DNA of 36,843 nt from Chthonomonadaceae bacterium (GCA_035650735.1 DASRGZ010000175.1:1-36843); one strand, 5' to 3'. Numbered from the stretch's first letter, positions 27,793-36,843 are shown. Made by a program: numbers and translations. Notes: generated by a model from the sequence alone, not told the origin.

Positions 27793-29532
27793 CTACGTAC
27801 TCGTCGCCATCTCCTCGTAGGGGATCGCGGCGTTGCGGCGGCTCTCGCGGGCCGCCAACGGCAAGGTCAATGCCAGCGAGGCGACACCAACGAACGCCCA
27901 GAGCAGTGTGGTCGCCTGCCACATCGGGGTTTCGCCGAGGACCAGAGGCCGCTTGTCCCAATAGCTATTGTGCGGCGTGCTCATCTCCGCTAGAGCCTGC
28001 GCCGGGTTGAAGTAATAGAGATTGATGGAAATTCCCGGCGCCTCGCCATTGTTGGCGCTGGAGCGGGCCAGTTCCGGGGCGGCCCAGATCACCGCCAGAA
28101 ACAGATAGGCCAGGCAGAGCGCCACCCAGCGATTGCGGAAGGCAGCGGAGAGAAACAGGCACAGCAGCGAAAAACCGGCCACCGTGACCAGCAGCACGAT
28201 AGCGGCCTGCGGAAAATCGCCCGCCAGGGACGGCGACTGCGCCGCCGGTGCGGAGGCCGTGGGAGCCGGGGGGGCCGGTACCGGCAGAGGGCGCGCGATA
28301 ACGTTCGGGCTCGACGGCGGCGCGTAGGACGACGGTGCGGCGGCGATGCTGGAACGGGCGATCTCCCCGGCTTTGTCGGCAAAGACGAAGCTGAGGGCGT
28401 AGAGGCCCAGCGCGAACAACGTCACCAGCAGCAAAAACGGCAATCCCGAGGCCAGGCGGCCGCGCGCCAATCCCTTCGGTGTCCAGCCGCCCGCCAGGTA
28501 CTTGCCCAGATTGCGCGCCTCTGCCGGACGCATCTCGCCGGTAGCGAAAATGGGCACTAGCAGCATCAGCAGGATCGCCGTCAGGATCAGCACGGCGATG
28601 GGCGGCTGCACCGGCACCTGCACGGCCTGCGCTGCGCGGTTATACCAGGCTTGCAGCCACCAGAGGTCCACGCTGAGCAGCTGCACGCCGATCAAGAGCA
28701 GCGTCAGCCCGCGCAGCAGCGGCGCTTTCTGCTCCGGCCACGATTCCAGGCGGCTCATGGCGATGGCGGCGAGCAGCCAGCCGCTCAGAGCGCTTAGAAT
28801 CGAGAAGCCGAAGCCCGTCCAGCCGTGCAGGCCCAGAAACCGGGCGCTAAACCACGACTCCCCGACGGCGCGGAGCAGGTTCACCCCCAGGTCGCCGCCC
28901 GGACTGGCGGTGCCCACAAACCCGGTGAATCCGACGAAGACGGGCACGAGCAGCGTTGCATAGGTATAGAGCACCGCCGCCGACGTAGAGCGGGCGATGC
29001 TCGACCACATCAGCCCCATCGCTCCGACCAGGAAGCTGCCCACGAGCATCACGATATAATAGCTTACCACCATCGCCGGGTCCACGCTGCCGAGCATAAA
29101 GCAGATGGAGATGAGCGGCAGCGACGAGACCAGCAGCAGCGCCGTGAACGAGACCGCCGCCAGGAGCTTGCCGGCGATGATGCTGCGGCGGGAGAGGCGG
29201 GTCATGGCGAGCATATCCAGCGTGCGCTGCTCTTTTTCGATGGTGATGGAGCCGCTGGTGATCGCGGGCGTGATGAACAGCACCAGAAATGCCTGCGTCA
29301 CGATGAGCCAATTAAAGATGCTCTCGCCTAGGCGCGACGCCTCCGACGCCCCGACGGCTCGGCTCTGCACCTGATTGAGCCACGCTGCGTAGTTAAGGAT
29401 AAGCACCAGAGACAGAAAGCCCAAATAGCCGAGCAGGATCCAGTAGGCCCGCGCGCCTCGCATCCGCACGCGCATCTCTTTGGTCAGCACCGGGTTATCC
29501 GGCAATACCCGCGTTAGCAGCGACATGATCAA
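27793..29532 (-). CDS. ABC-2 type transporter permease
   Basis: NPVL.KE.R.RMR; P..TSGSIT.EKEQRTLDML..T.L....I..GKL; many TM helices. Confidence 0.85.
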   Translation of the reverse strand: MIMSLLTRVLPDNPVLTKEMRVRMRGARAYWILLGYLGFLSLVLILNYAAWLNQVQSRAVGASEASRLGESIFNWLIVTQAFLVLFITPAITSGSITIEKEQRTLDMLAMTRLSRRSIIAGKLLAAVSFTALLLVSSLPLISICFMLGSVDPAMVVSYYIVMLVGSFLVGAMGLMWSSIARSTSAAVLYTYATLLVPVFVGFTGFVGTASPGGDLGVNLLRAVGESWFSARFLGLHGWTGFGFSILSALSGWLLAAIAMSRLESWPEQKAPLLRGLTLLLIGVQLLSVDLWWLQAWYNRAAQAVQVPVQPPIAVLILTAILLMLLVPIFATGEMRPAEARNLGKYLAGGWTPKGLARGRLASGLPFLLLVTLFALGLYALSFVFADKAGEIARSSIAAAPSSYAPPSSPNVIARPLPVPAPPAPTASAPAAQSPSLAGDFPQAAIVLLVTVAGFSLLCLFLSAAFRNRWVALCLAYLFLAVIWAAPELARSSANNGEAPGISINLYYFNPAQALAEMSTPHNSYWDKRPLVLGETPMWQATTLLWAFVGVASLALTLPLAARESRRNAAIPYEEMATST

Positions 29533-29561
29533 GCTCCGTTAGGCCACTTGGCCCTTCTCCC

Positions 29562-29675
29562 GCCCCACCTAACCCCCCGTCCCCCTTCCCTACTCGCTCG
29601 TACCTCGCTAGGGAAGGGGGGGACCCGGCTTCCCCGTTCCCCTCTCCTTCATAAGGAGAGGGGCCGGGGGTGAGA
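29562..29675. repeat. CCCTCTCC/GGAGAGGG-type palindromic repeat cluster
   Basis: CCCCCTTCCCTA...TAGGGAAGGGGG and CCCTCTCCTT-CAT-AAGGAGAGGG hairpins flanked by CCTAACCCC and GGGGGTGAG. Same family as 35193-35229 and 36596-36684. Confidence 0.75.
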
Positions 29676-29692
29676 TCCTTTGTGGTGAGGGC

Positions 29693-30718
29693 CTAAGCCA
29701 CTTGCCCCTTCGTGACGCGCAGGAACACGTCCTCCAGGTCGGTCTCCGGCGTATGGAACGAGCGCACCTTGATGCCCGCCTGCACCAGCGCCGACAGGAC
29801 TTTATACTCCTCGTCCGGCTCGCCGACGTAGCCGATCTGGATCACGCCACCGCCCGCCGATTCGCCATGCCCGTTGCGCTGGAGAGTCTGCTGGCGGGCC
29901 GCCTCTTCGCTGTTGGCCTCCAGCCGCCGCAGGCCGCTCGTGACCTTGACCTCTCGGATGACGTCGTTCATGCCCTGGAGGAAGTCGCGCGCCCGCTCCA
30001 GCTCGTCTACCACGCCGACCTCGATGGTATGCTGGCCGCGCACCTGCCGGGCGATGGTGTTCACGTCGCCTGCCACGATCAATTCGCCCCGCTCGATGAT
30101 GCCGATCTTGTTGCAGAACTCCTCCATCTCCGGCAGGATGTGCGAGGAGACGATGATGGTCTTGCCCATCGCCTGCAACTCTTTGAGCAGCTCACGGATC
30201 TCGATGCGGGCGCGCGGGTCCAGGCCGGAGGCAGGCTCGTCTAGCAGCATAACCTTTGGGTCGTGGACCAGCGTTTTCGCCAGACAGAGCCGCTGCTTCA
30301 TGCCGCGCGAGAGCGACTCCACGTAGGAGTCCTTCTTGATCGTCAGGTCGGTCAGCGCCAGGACATCGTCAACGATCTGGGGCCGCCTGTCTTTGGGAAT
30401 GCGGTAGGCGGCGGCGAAGAAGTCCAGGTACTCCCAGACCTTGATGTCGTCGTAGACGCCGAAGAAGTCCGGCATGTACCCGACGACCGAGCGTACCTGC
30501 TCCGGCTGGCGCACCACGTCCAGGCCGGCGATGTAGGCCGTGCCGGCGGTCGGGGTGAGCAGGGTGGCAAGCATCTTGATGGTGGTTGTCTTGCCCGCGC
30601 CGTTGGGGCCGATGAACCCGAAGATGTCGCCCTGTTCCAGCTCCAGGCACAGGTCTTTGACGGCGACGAGGTCTTTATATTCTTTGCGCAGGTGTCTGAT
30701 TTCGACCATCGGGTGCAT
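29693..30718 (-). CDS. ABC transporter ATP-binding protein
   Basis: GPNGAGKTT, LSRGMKQR, LLDEPASGLDP and SSH. ATG 30718 follows AAGGAG. Confidence 0.92.
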   Translation of the reverse strand: MHPMVEIRHLRKEYKDLVAVKDLCLELEQGDIFGFIGPNGAGKTTTIKMLATLLTPTAGTAYIAGLDVVRQPEQVRSVVGYMPDFFGVYDDIKVWEYLDFFAAAYRIPKDRRPQIVDDVLALTDLTIKKDSYVESLSRGMKQRLCLAKTLVHDPKVMLLDEPASGLDPRARIEIRELLKELQAMGKTIIVSSHILPEMEEFCNKIGIIERGELIVAGDVNTIARQVRGQHTIEVGVVDELERARDFLQGMNDVIREVKVTSGLRRLEANSEEAARQQTLQRNGHGESAGGGVIQIGYVGEPDEEYKVLSALVQAGIKVRSFHTPETDLEDVFLRVTKGQVA

Positions 30719-30722
30719 GGCG

Positions 30723-30821
30723 GGTCTGTCTCCTTGATCATACTGCCGCGAGTTGGCGGTGCTCATCCAGTTCATCAAAAACCGGGTGTTCGGTCTGTCT
30801 CCTTGATCATACTGCCGCGAG
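30723..30821. repeat. Perfect 30-bp direct repeat, two copies 39 bp apart
   Basis: GGTCTGTCTCCTTGATCATACTGCCGCGAG at 30723-30752 and 30792-30821. Confidence 0.9.
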
Positions 30822-30853
30822 GCCGGCTGCCTGGCCTCTCTGTAGAGCAACGT

Positions 30854-31669
30854 CTATTCGTGCGCGAAGCGCGGGAACCGGGTGATCATATGGGCCAGCA
30901 ACAGCAGCGTCGCCGCCGCGTAGCCAAACAGCCCGGCCAGCAGCACGGCGCTGTTGCCGGGCTCGTTGGGCGCCATCGCCGCCCAGATAAGCCGGATCGG
31001 ATTAAACCACATCAATGGGGAGTGGTCGAAGAGATTATAATCCTGTACTATCGAGCTTAAGAGCGCCGTGATCAGCGCCGTGCCGATGCACAGGACGCCG
31101 ATGACGAGCACATAGGCCAGCACGATCACGTAGAGCGTGCGCTTCAAGGCCAGCGACAGGAACAGGCTGAGGGTGGCGAAAAACAGCGCGGAGAGCAGCA
31201 TCACCAGATAGGCGATACCGAACTGCCAGGGCGAGATAAAGCTGGGCGAGGCGGGGCCACCCTGGGCGGCGTGCAGCCAGCTAAAAAGCGTAAAGGGCAG
31301 GCAGATCCCCAGTATCAGCCCGACCGTGACCAGCCGCGCCAGCAGCTTGCCAAGCACGATCTCGGCAGGCTGTAAGCGCGTAAAGACCAGCATCTCCCAG
31401 GTCTGCTGCTCCTTCTCCTGGGTGATGGCGTTGGCGGTCAGCGAGGGCGCGACCAGGCAGATGATCAGGTACTGTATCCAGATGGCGACCATCCAGGCGT
31501 CCCGCCCGGCAGCCGGGGAGGCGTCGCTCAGCAGCCGGCTCATCCCGGCCCAGTACATCCAGCCGAGCCCCAACGTGATCAGCAGCCCCAGGCCGATGCG
31601 GGTCGGGGTTGGCTGGCGCATGCGAAATCGCAGCAGCAACTCTTTGCGCAGGACGGGGTTGTTGATCAC
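30854..31669 (-). CDS. ABC-2 type transporter permease (paralogue of 27793-29532)
   Basis: NPVLRKEL; P..TANAITQEKEQQTWEML..T.L...EIVLGKL; about 6 TM helices. Confidence 0.85.
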   Translation of the reverse strand: MINNPVLRKELLLRFRMRQPTPTRIGLGLLITLGLGWMYWAGMSRLLSDASPAAGRDAWMVAIWIQYLIICLVAPSLTANAITQEKEQQTWEMLVFTRLQPAEIVLGKLLARLVTVGLILGICLPFTLFSWLHAAQGGPASPSFISPWQFGIAYLVMLLSALFFATLSLFLSLALKRTLYVIVLAYVLVIGVLCIGTALITALLSSIVQDYNLFDHSPLMWFNPIRLIWAAMAPNEPGNSAVLLAGLFGYAAATLLLLAHMITRFPRFAHE

Positions 31670-33975
31670 TTGAAAATCCCCTGGTGAGCACCGCCAAACG
31701 GCGTCGCGTCCTCCAGCGTGCGCGCGGGCGCCAGGAAGGGATTGGCGGCGACGCGCAGCGTCTGGGGGCCGTTCTCCGGCGTCGGCAGATGCACAAACAG
31801 CAGGTTGACCTCCTCACCCGCCGGCGCGCGGTCGTTGACCGTCACGTTCAGCACGGGATCATAGAACCAGCCGATAAAGGCGTTGGTCGCGTGCCCGTAC
31901 CGGTCATCGTCCTCGTCATCGCCATACATGCGGTAGGGTGTATTTTCGGCGCTGCCGGTGAGCGCCTGGGCCATCCCTGCCTGGATTTTGGCGCGGGCGG
32001 CGGCCTGTTTGTCCGTGGCGGAGGCGTTCGACCCCGGCTCCGTGCTGACCGAGGAGGAGGGCACCGAGAGCTGGCCCGCCCCATTGCCTGTACTCCAGAG
32101 CATGATCTTCTGTTTGGTCTCTCCCGGCCCCAGATCGCCCAGCCTTGCGATGCTGTTCGTGGTGACAAGCGCGCAATCGGTGAGGGCGTAGCGGGTCTTG
32201 TTGGTCACGCGCACCTGGACGTGATTGCCGCCCAGGTACTGCGTGTGGACCTCGACAGGCCCGCCGAGCCGCGCGAACACCGGCGTATCGAAGCTGCGCT
32301 TGTCCCAGAGCTTGATGGGTACATCGCGCAGGGTGGTCGTCTTATCGTGATCGATGGTGAGCGTATCGCCCAGGCCCGGATCGGAGGTATAGATCTCGCT
32401 GGGGGCGGCATCGCGGTAGGCGGCATCCGGCGCGTCCGGGGCGAGCGCGATATTGTAGGTGGCGCGGGCCGGCGAGTAGAGGGTCATCTGCGCGTAGCCG
32501 GCAGCCTGATCGGAGTTGGCGCTGGTCTCCAGCACGACGGCGCGATTGACGACGAGCATACCGCCCTTGATAGACTGGGCAATCATGTAGGAGGCGACGG
32601 TGAAGCCCAGAATGAGGACGGGAGCGGTAAACCAGGCCAGCTCGCGCTTATCCAGCCGCTTGAGGATGTAGTAGCTGACGGGCACCAGCAGCACGATGTA
32701 CGCGCCGAGAAACACGAGGATAGTGGCCAGAGCGGGCGTGTTGGCAGCCTGCTGGCCCGCCAGCGCATCGGCCAGGGCCGGCGCGCTGCGGAAGTAGCCG
32801 TAGTTGTAACCGCTGGCGCTGGCGAGCAGGCCGCGCGCCGAGAGGGCCTCGTTGCCGCAGCGCAGGAGGTCCGCCCAGAGCGTGGGCGCGCCCGCCCAGC
32901 CCCGAAATTCCGGCGCCAGGTAATCAAAGGCGGTGAAGACAACCACACCCGCGCCGTAGGGTCGCGCAGAGACAAGCGGCAGCCTCCCCGGCCCCGGACC
33001 GAAGAGGGCGCGGGCGTCCGGCTTGAGCGCGCCGTCGGCGAGGAGGCTGGCCTCCTTCAAGACAAGCGGCTGGTGGTAGCGCTGCTCCAGGGCGGGCAGG
33101 CTGCGAGTGGTCACTGTGCCGGTCGGTTGGACGGGCAGCAGGTCGGTGAAGAACTCTCCCTTGAGTCGGGGCAGATCGCCGCCGCCCGAAACGATCAGCA
33201 AGCCGCCCCGGCGCACATACTCCTTGATCGCCTCCTGCTGGTCTTCGGTGAGGTTATCCAGAGGCTGATCGGCCAGGGCGATGGCGTCCACCATGTCATA
33301 GCCCTGGGCCATCTCCGGCAGGGCGCGCGGGTCGGAGTAGAGCACCTGCGTCATGGCGAACACGTTCGGGTTAGCCCCGTTCATATTGGTCAGGACAGCG
33401 GGGTTGAAATGGCGGTGGATCAGGTTGAGCTTCTTTTTGAGCAGGAAGTTCAGGCCGCTGCCGTCGCGGGTAAGCGCCAGGATGTTGTAGGATTCCGGGG
33501 TGAGGGCGGTGGGCAGGGCGACGGTCTTTTCCGCCAGCTTGCGGCCCTCCATCAGCAGGCGCACGGTGATGTCGGTGCTGGTGTTATTAGGGCCGAAGCC
33601 GAACATGCCATAGGCCATGCGCGGCAGGAAGACAAAGCGCTGCTGCTCGTTGAGGGCGCCTTCGTGGAGGGGAACGCGGCGGGTATAGAGGGTCGTGCGC
33701 TCGCCAATACGCACGGCCAGTTGCAGCTGCCCGACGCCGTTCACGCCGGTGCCGGTCAGATAGACGGTAAGGGGCGTCCAGGTGTTAGGACGATATCGGG
33801 AGGGTAGCGAGCTGCCCGGCCCGAACCCGACCAGCGCGTCCAGATCTACGGCGGCGGCGCGCTCAGGACCCAGCAAGAGCAGGGCGCTCAGCACAAGGAC
33901 GAAGCAACCCAGGCGGCGCAGGAGGGCGCCGCTCCCCGGAGGGAACGCATGAACGGGGGACGGGAGCGATTTCAT
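31666..33975 (-). CDS. Large exported/membrane protein with class-I glutamine-amidotransferase-like domain
   Basis: Signal peptide; LP....GYD.VD.I.L....Q..AI..YV..GG.LIV.GG; GAG.V; TM hairpin YI.L.VP..Y..L...D.RE.AW...P. Confidence 0.75.
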   Translation of the reverse strand: MKSLPSPVHAFPPGSGALLRRLGCFVLVLSALLLLGPERAAAVDLDALVGFGPGSSLPSRYRPNTWTPLTVYLTGTGVNGVGQLQLAVRIGERTTLYTRRVPLHEGALNEQQRFVFLPRMAYGMFGFGPNNTSTDITVRLLMEGRKLAEKTVALPTALTPESYNILALTRDGSGLNFLLKKKLNLIHRHFNPAVLTNMNGANPNVFAMTQVLYSDPRALPEMAQGYDMVDAIALADQPLDNLTEDQQEAIKEYVRRGGLLIVSGGGDLPRLKGEFFTDLLPVQPTGTVTTRSLPALEQRYHQPLVLKEASLLADGALKPDARALFGPGPGRLPLVSARPYGAGVVVFTAFDYLAPEFRGWAGAPTLWADLLRCGNEALSARGLLASASGYNYGYFRSAPALADALAGQQAANTPALATILVFLGAYIVLLVPVSYYILKRLDKRELAWFTAPVLILGFTVASYMIAQSIKGGMLVVNRAVVLETSANSDQAAGYAQMTLYSPARATYNIALAPDAPDAAYRDAAPSEIYTSDPGLGDTLTIDHDKTTTLRDVPIKLWDKRSFDTPVFARLGGPVEVHTQYLGGNHVQVRVTNKTRYALTDCALVTTNSIARLGDLGPGETKQKIMLWSTGNGAGQLSVPSSSVSTEPGSNASATDKQAAARAKIQAGMAQALTGSAENTPYRMYGDDEDDDRYGHATNAFIGWFYDPVLNVTVNDRAPAGEEVNLLFVHLPTPENGPQTLRVAANPFLAPARTLEDATPFGGAHQGIFK

Positions 33976-34019
33976 AAGTGATGCGACCTCCGAAGAAGCT
34001 TGCCCCCACCCCAGCCTTC

Positions 34020-34300
34020 TTGACCTACCCCCCTATAGCGGCAGGCTAAACCCTGCCACTGTGGGGCCTGCGGCCCTGTGCCCGCCTACGCGGGCACAAC
34101 CTTTCGAGAGGCTCCTGAGTGTCCCGTAGGGGGGCACTGGCCGGAACGCCACCCAGCGAAGGGCTTTAGCCCGTCGTATAAAGGAGAGACGAACACCTTT
34201 GGCAACCTGTACGTGTCGGCGTAGACCACCGAGCGAGGGAATTTATTCCCTTGCGCCAGAGGCACCAAACGGGAATACCTACCCTTCTTTGGGGCGAGGG
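34020..34300. repeat. REP-like palindrome cluster (copy 5 plus related hairpins)
   Basis: Reverse hairpin module GCGGCAGGCTAAACCCTGCCACTGTGGGG (34038-34066) and CCCGCCTACGCGGGC, plus GGGCTTTAGCCC and GCGAGGGAATTTATTCCCTTGC palindromes. Confidence 0.7.
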
Positions 34301-34346
34301 CCTTAACAGCGGGTGAGGGCGATAGGCTGGAGGTGAGGGCGTAAGC

Positions 34347-35096
34347 CTACCGACCTGCCGCTTCCAGGACTTCGTCCGGGATGTCAAAGTTGGCGTGGAC
34401 CTGCTGGACATCCTCGTTGTCTTCGAGGGCATCCATCAGCCGCAGCATCTGCTCGGCCTCCTTGCCTTCCAGGTGGACCGTATCCATCGGCTCCATCGTG
34501 TACTCGGCATTCACAATAGGAATGCCCGCCGATTCGATGGCTTGGCGCACGGCGGCGAAGTCTTCCGGCTGGGTGATGACCGAGTAGTTCTCGTCATCGC
34601 TGCGCACGTCCTCGGCCCCGGATTCGATGGCGACCGTGAATAAGGTATCCTCATCCACCGTCGACTTAGAGATAGTGATCAGACCGACGGGACGGAAACG
34701 ATAGGAGACCGAGCCGGACTCGCCCATGCGCCCGCCATGCTTGCTGAAGATACTACGGATGTTGGCGACGGTTCGGTTTCGGTTATCGGTGGCGCACTCG
34801 ACCAGAACGGCCACGCCGCCCGGCCCGTAGCCCTCGTAGGTCACATTTTCGTAGGTGGCCCCTTCGATCTCGCCCGTGCCGCGCTGGATGCTGCGCTTGA
34901 TGTTATCCTGCGGCATGGAGTTCTCACGCGCTTTCTGGATCGCCAGGCGCAGGCGCAGGTTAGAGTCGGGATTACCGCCGCCGGCTTTGGCCGCCATAAT
35001 AATTTCTTTTGCCAGCTTGGTGAAGAGGTTGCCGCGTTTGGCGTCCTGCGCGCCTTTGCGAAGGCGGATATTATGCCATTTTGAGTGTCCAGACAT
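34347..35096 (-). CDS. yebC: YebC/PmpR family protein
   Basis: MSGHSKW..I, YEGYGPGG, TDN.NRT and D.EDVQ.V..N. ATG 35096; the tracked N-terminal extension is repeat DNA. Confidence 0.95.
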   Translation of the reverse strand: MSGHSKWHNIRLRKGAQDAKRGNLFTKLAKEIIMAAKAGGGNPDSNLRLRLAIQKARENSMPQDNIKRSIQRGTGEIEGATYENVTYEGYGPGGVAVLVECATDNRNRTVANIRSIFSKHGGRMGESGSVSYRFRPVGLITISKSTVDEDTLFTVAIESGAEDVRSDDENYSVITQPEDFAAVRQAIESAGIPIVNAEYTMEPMDTVHLEGKEAEQMLRLMDALEDNEDVQQVHANFDIPDEVLEAAGR

Positions 35097-35192
35097 CTGG
35101 TATGCACTCCTTTCCCATCCGAATAAGAATCTCACCCTACGCAGGCCAATCTTCCCAAAAGGCAGCAAGCCGTTCTCGACCTGGAACAAGCT

Positions 35193-35229
35193 CCCCTCTC
35201 CTTGTGAAGGAGAGGCGAAGGGGGTGAGG
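35193..35229. repeat. CCCTCTCC/GGAGAGG-type palindrome
   Basis: CCTCTCCTT-GTG-AAGGAGAGG followed by GGGGGTGAGG. Confidence 0.65.
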
Positions 35230-35292
35230 TCTTTTCCAGTGGTGCGCCATCTCAGGAAGAGCCCCAATGCGTAAGGTGAGTAAGAATATCTA

Positions 35293-35395
35293 ACCCAAGT
35301 TGCTACCTAGGAACACGTTTGAGAGAGAATCGCTCTGGAAACCGGCTTTTGCATCACCGTTTGCCTTCTCGAAGAGGCAAGGTAGCAACTTGAGT
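35293..35395. mobile_element. MITE, 103 bp (copy 2), 6-bp TSD TATCTA
   Basis: Identical to 25551-25686 except for a single TGAGAGAGAAT unit; TATCTA at 35287-35292 and 35396-35401. Confidence 0.88.
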
Positions 35396-35477
35396 TATCT
35401 AAGGTAAGTAAGAATATCAAGGATAACCAGCGTGGGAGCCGGAAAACAGAGTCAAGCTTGAGATAAATATCCCCAAA

Positions 35478-35506
35478 ATTATATCACAAAGCCGTCTGCC
35501 CGTCAA
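35478..35506 (-). promoter_or_regulatory. Sigma70-type promoter for yebC and the downstream genes
   Basis: Minus strand reads TTGACG (35506-35501), 17 bp, TATAAT (35483-35478). Confidence 0.75.
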
Positions 35507-35562
35507 ACGGCACGCTCCTCCTGTTCCCCTCCCGGAGCGGGGAGAGCCCCCTTCCGGTAACA

Positions 35563-35591
35563 TTGACAGGGACAGGCGCGTTTGCTATACT
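35563..35591 (+). promoter_or_regulatory. Sigma70-type promoter for the epimerase/decarboxylase gene
   Basis: TTGACA (35563-35568), 17 bp, TATACT (35586-35591) with an extended TG. Confidence 0.75.
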
Positions 35592-35649
35592 GCTTACGGG
35601 TCGCGGCCACTCGCGGTCCGTGTGGAAAAGCGTCGTCAGGAGAGAAATT

Positions 35650-36594
35650 ATGCCGCGCGTTTTGGTCACCGGCGGAGCCGGTTTTCTTGGTTCGCACCTC
35701 TGCGACCGTCTGCTGGCGGAGGGATGTGAAGTGGTCGCGATGGACAACTTGATTACCGGCAGCACCGACAACATCGCGCATCTGATAGACAATCGCCGCT
35801 TCCGCTTCATCTATTATGACGTGACTGAATACCTCTATCTGGATGGCCCGCTGGATTTTGTTTTCCATCTGGCCTCGCCGGCCAGCCCGGTAGACTTTCC
35901 GACTAAGCCCATTCAGATCCTCAAAGTCAACGCCCTCGGCACGCACAAGACGCTGGGGCTGGCACGGGCCAAGGGCGCCACCTACTTTCTGGCTTCCACC
36001 TCAGAGGTCTATGGCGACCCGCTGGTGCATCCGCAAACAGAGGAGTACCTGGGCAACGTCAATCCCATCGGCGTGCGCGGCGTCTATGACGAGGCCAAGC
36101 GCTTTGCCGAAAGCATGACGATGGCTTACCACCGCTATCACGGGCTTAACACCAAAATCGTGCGTATCTTCAATACCTACGGGCCGCGCATGCGTCTCGA
36201 CGATGGGCGCGTCGTGCCCAACTTCATCGGGCAGGCGCTGCGGGGTGAGCCGATCACGGTCTACGGCACGGGCCAGCAGACGCGCTCCTTCTGCTACTGC
36301 TCCGACCTGATTGACGGCTTCTGGAGGCTTGCCAACTCCGATCAGTCCGGCCCTATCAACATCGGCAACCCGACCGAACGGACCATTCTGGAGTTCGCCC
36401 AGGAGATCAAGCGGCTGACTAACAGCAAGAGCGAGATCGTCTTCCAGCCGCTGCCGACCGCCGACGATCCTAAGCAGCGCCGTCCCGACATCACCAAAGC
36501 CCGGACACGGCTCGGCTGGGAGCCGAAGGTGCCGCTGGAAGAGGGCCTGAAGAAGACCATCGAGTACTTCAAGCAGCGCATCCCGGCCCAGTAA
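35650..36594 (+). CDS. UDP-glucuronate decarboxylase (UXS-like) NAD-dependent epimerase/dehydratase
   Basis: [44 protein letters not shown] and DDP..RRPDI. ATG 35650 follows AGGAG. Confidence 0.9.
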   Translation: MPRVLVTGGAGFLGSHLCDRLLAEGCEVVAMDNLITGSTDNIAHLIDNRRFRFIYYDVTEYLYLDGPLDFVFHLASPASPVDFPTKPIQILKVNALGTHKTLGLARAKGATYFLASTSEVYGDPLVHPQTEEYLGNVNPIGVRGVYDEAKRFAESMTMAYHRYHGLNTKIVRIFNTYGPRMRLDDGRVVPNFIGQALRGEPITVYGTGQQTRSFCYCSDLIDGFWRLANSDQSGPINIGNPTERTILEFAQEIKRLTNSKSEIVFQPLPTADDPKQRRPDITKARTRLGWEPKVPLEEGLKKTIEYFKQRIPAQ

Positions 36595-36595
36595 G

Positions 36596-36843
36596 CCCTC
36601 AGCCCCGGCCCCTCTCCTTGAGAAGGAGAGGGGAGCGGCCCTCACCCCCTAGCCCCCTCTCCCGCAGCGCCGGGAGAGGGGGAACCGAGAAGCCGGGGTG
36701 TCCTGCCCACGTAGGTGGGCAGCGGGCCTGGCTAGGCGGAGATCGCCAGGCAGAGCCGCGAACCGTTGAGCGGCGTCCCTGGCAGTCGAGCGTGCGCAGT
36801 TCCGACCCTAGCAGAGCCCCACAGCGGCAGGGTTTAGCCTGCC
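36596..36843. repeat. Composite repeat cluster: CCCTCTCC-type palindromes followed by modular REP-like copy 6 (truncated by window edge)
   Basis: CCCCTCTCCTT-GAG-AAGGAGAGGGG and CCCCCTCTCCCG..CGGGAGAGGGGG; then GCCCACGTAGGTGGGC, GCTAGGCGGAG, GCGAACCGTTGAGCGG and CCCCACAGCGGCAGGGTTTAGCCTGCC. Confidence 0.8.

Noticed and set aside
30723..30821. Minimal CRISPR array (30-bp repeat, 39-bp spacer)
   Set aside because: Only two repeats, no cas genes or leader, and the repeat contains the RBS of the downstream gene.
31684..33807. 707-aa plus-strand ORF
   Set aside because: Antisense shadow of the 769-aa minus-strand gene.
35097..35267. N-terminal extension of YebC
   Set aside because: The family starts at MSGHSKW, and the extension includes a palindromic repeat.

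Overview
This 36.8 kb window is GC-rich bacterial DNA. Protein style suggests Armatimonadota (Chthonomonas-like), which is an inference. It is mostly ordinary metabolic and envelope genes: a GH35 beta-galactosidase, hpt, gnd, an RraA-like aldolase, a PhyH dioxygenase, an enolase-superfamily dehydratase, an amidohydrolase, serC, GT2/YfhO/TPR genes, larA, a rhomboid, a MoxR-ABC operon, yebC and a UDP-glucuronate decarboxylase. A lower-GC block carries three secreted hypothetical proteins. The standout signal is an unannotated ~340-nt, heavily base-paired RNA on the minus strand (about 3924-4262). It has a perfect TTGACA-17-TATAAT promoter, a 14-bp closing helix, GNRA loops, G-U-rich helices and a U8 end. 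It lies between a small PD-(D/E)XK-fold nuclease-like gene and hpt, and I cannot match it by eye to any housekeeping RNA. Other findings are a two-copy MITE with 6-bp TSDs, a modular REP/BIME-like repeat family, gene-junction duplications inside the MoxR-ABC operon, a frameshifted FAIM-like gene and an orphan regulator-tail remnant. All assignments are by-eye motif recognition; no searches were run.
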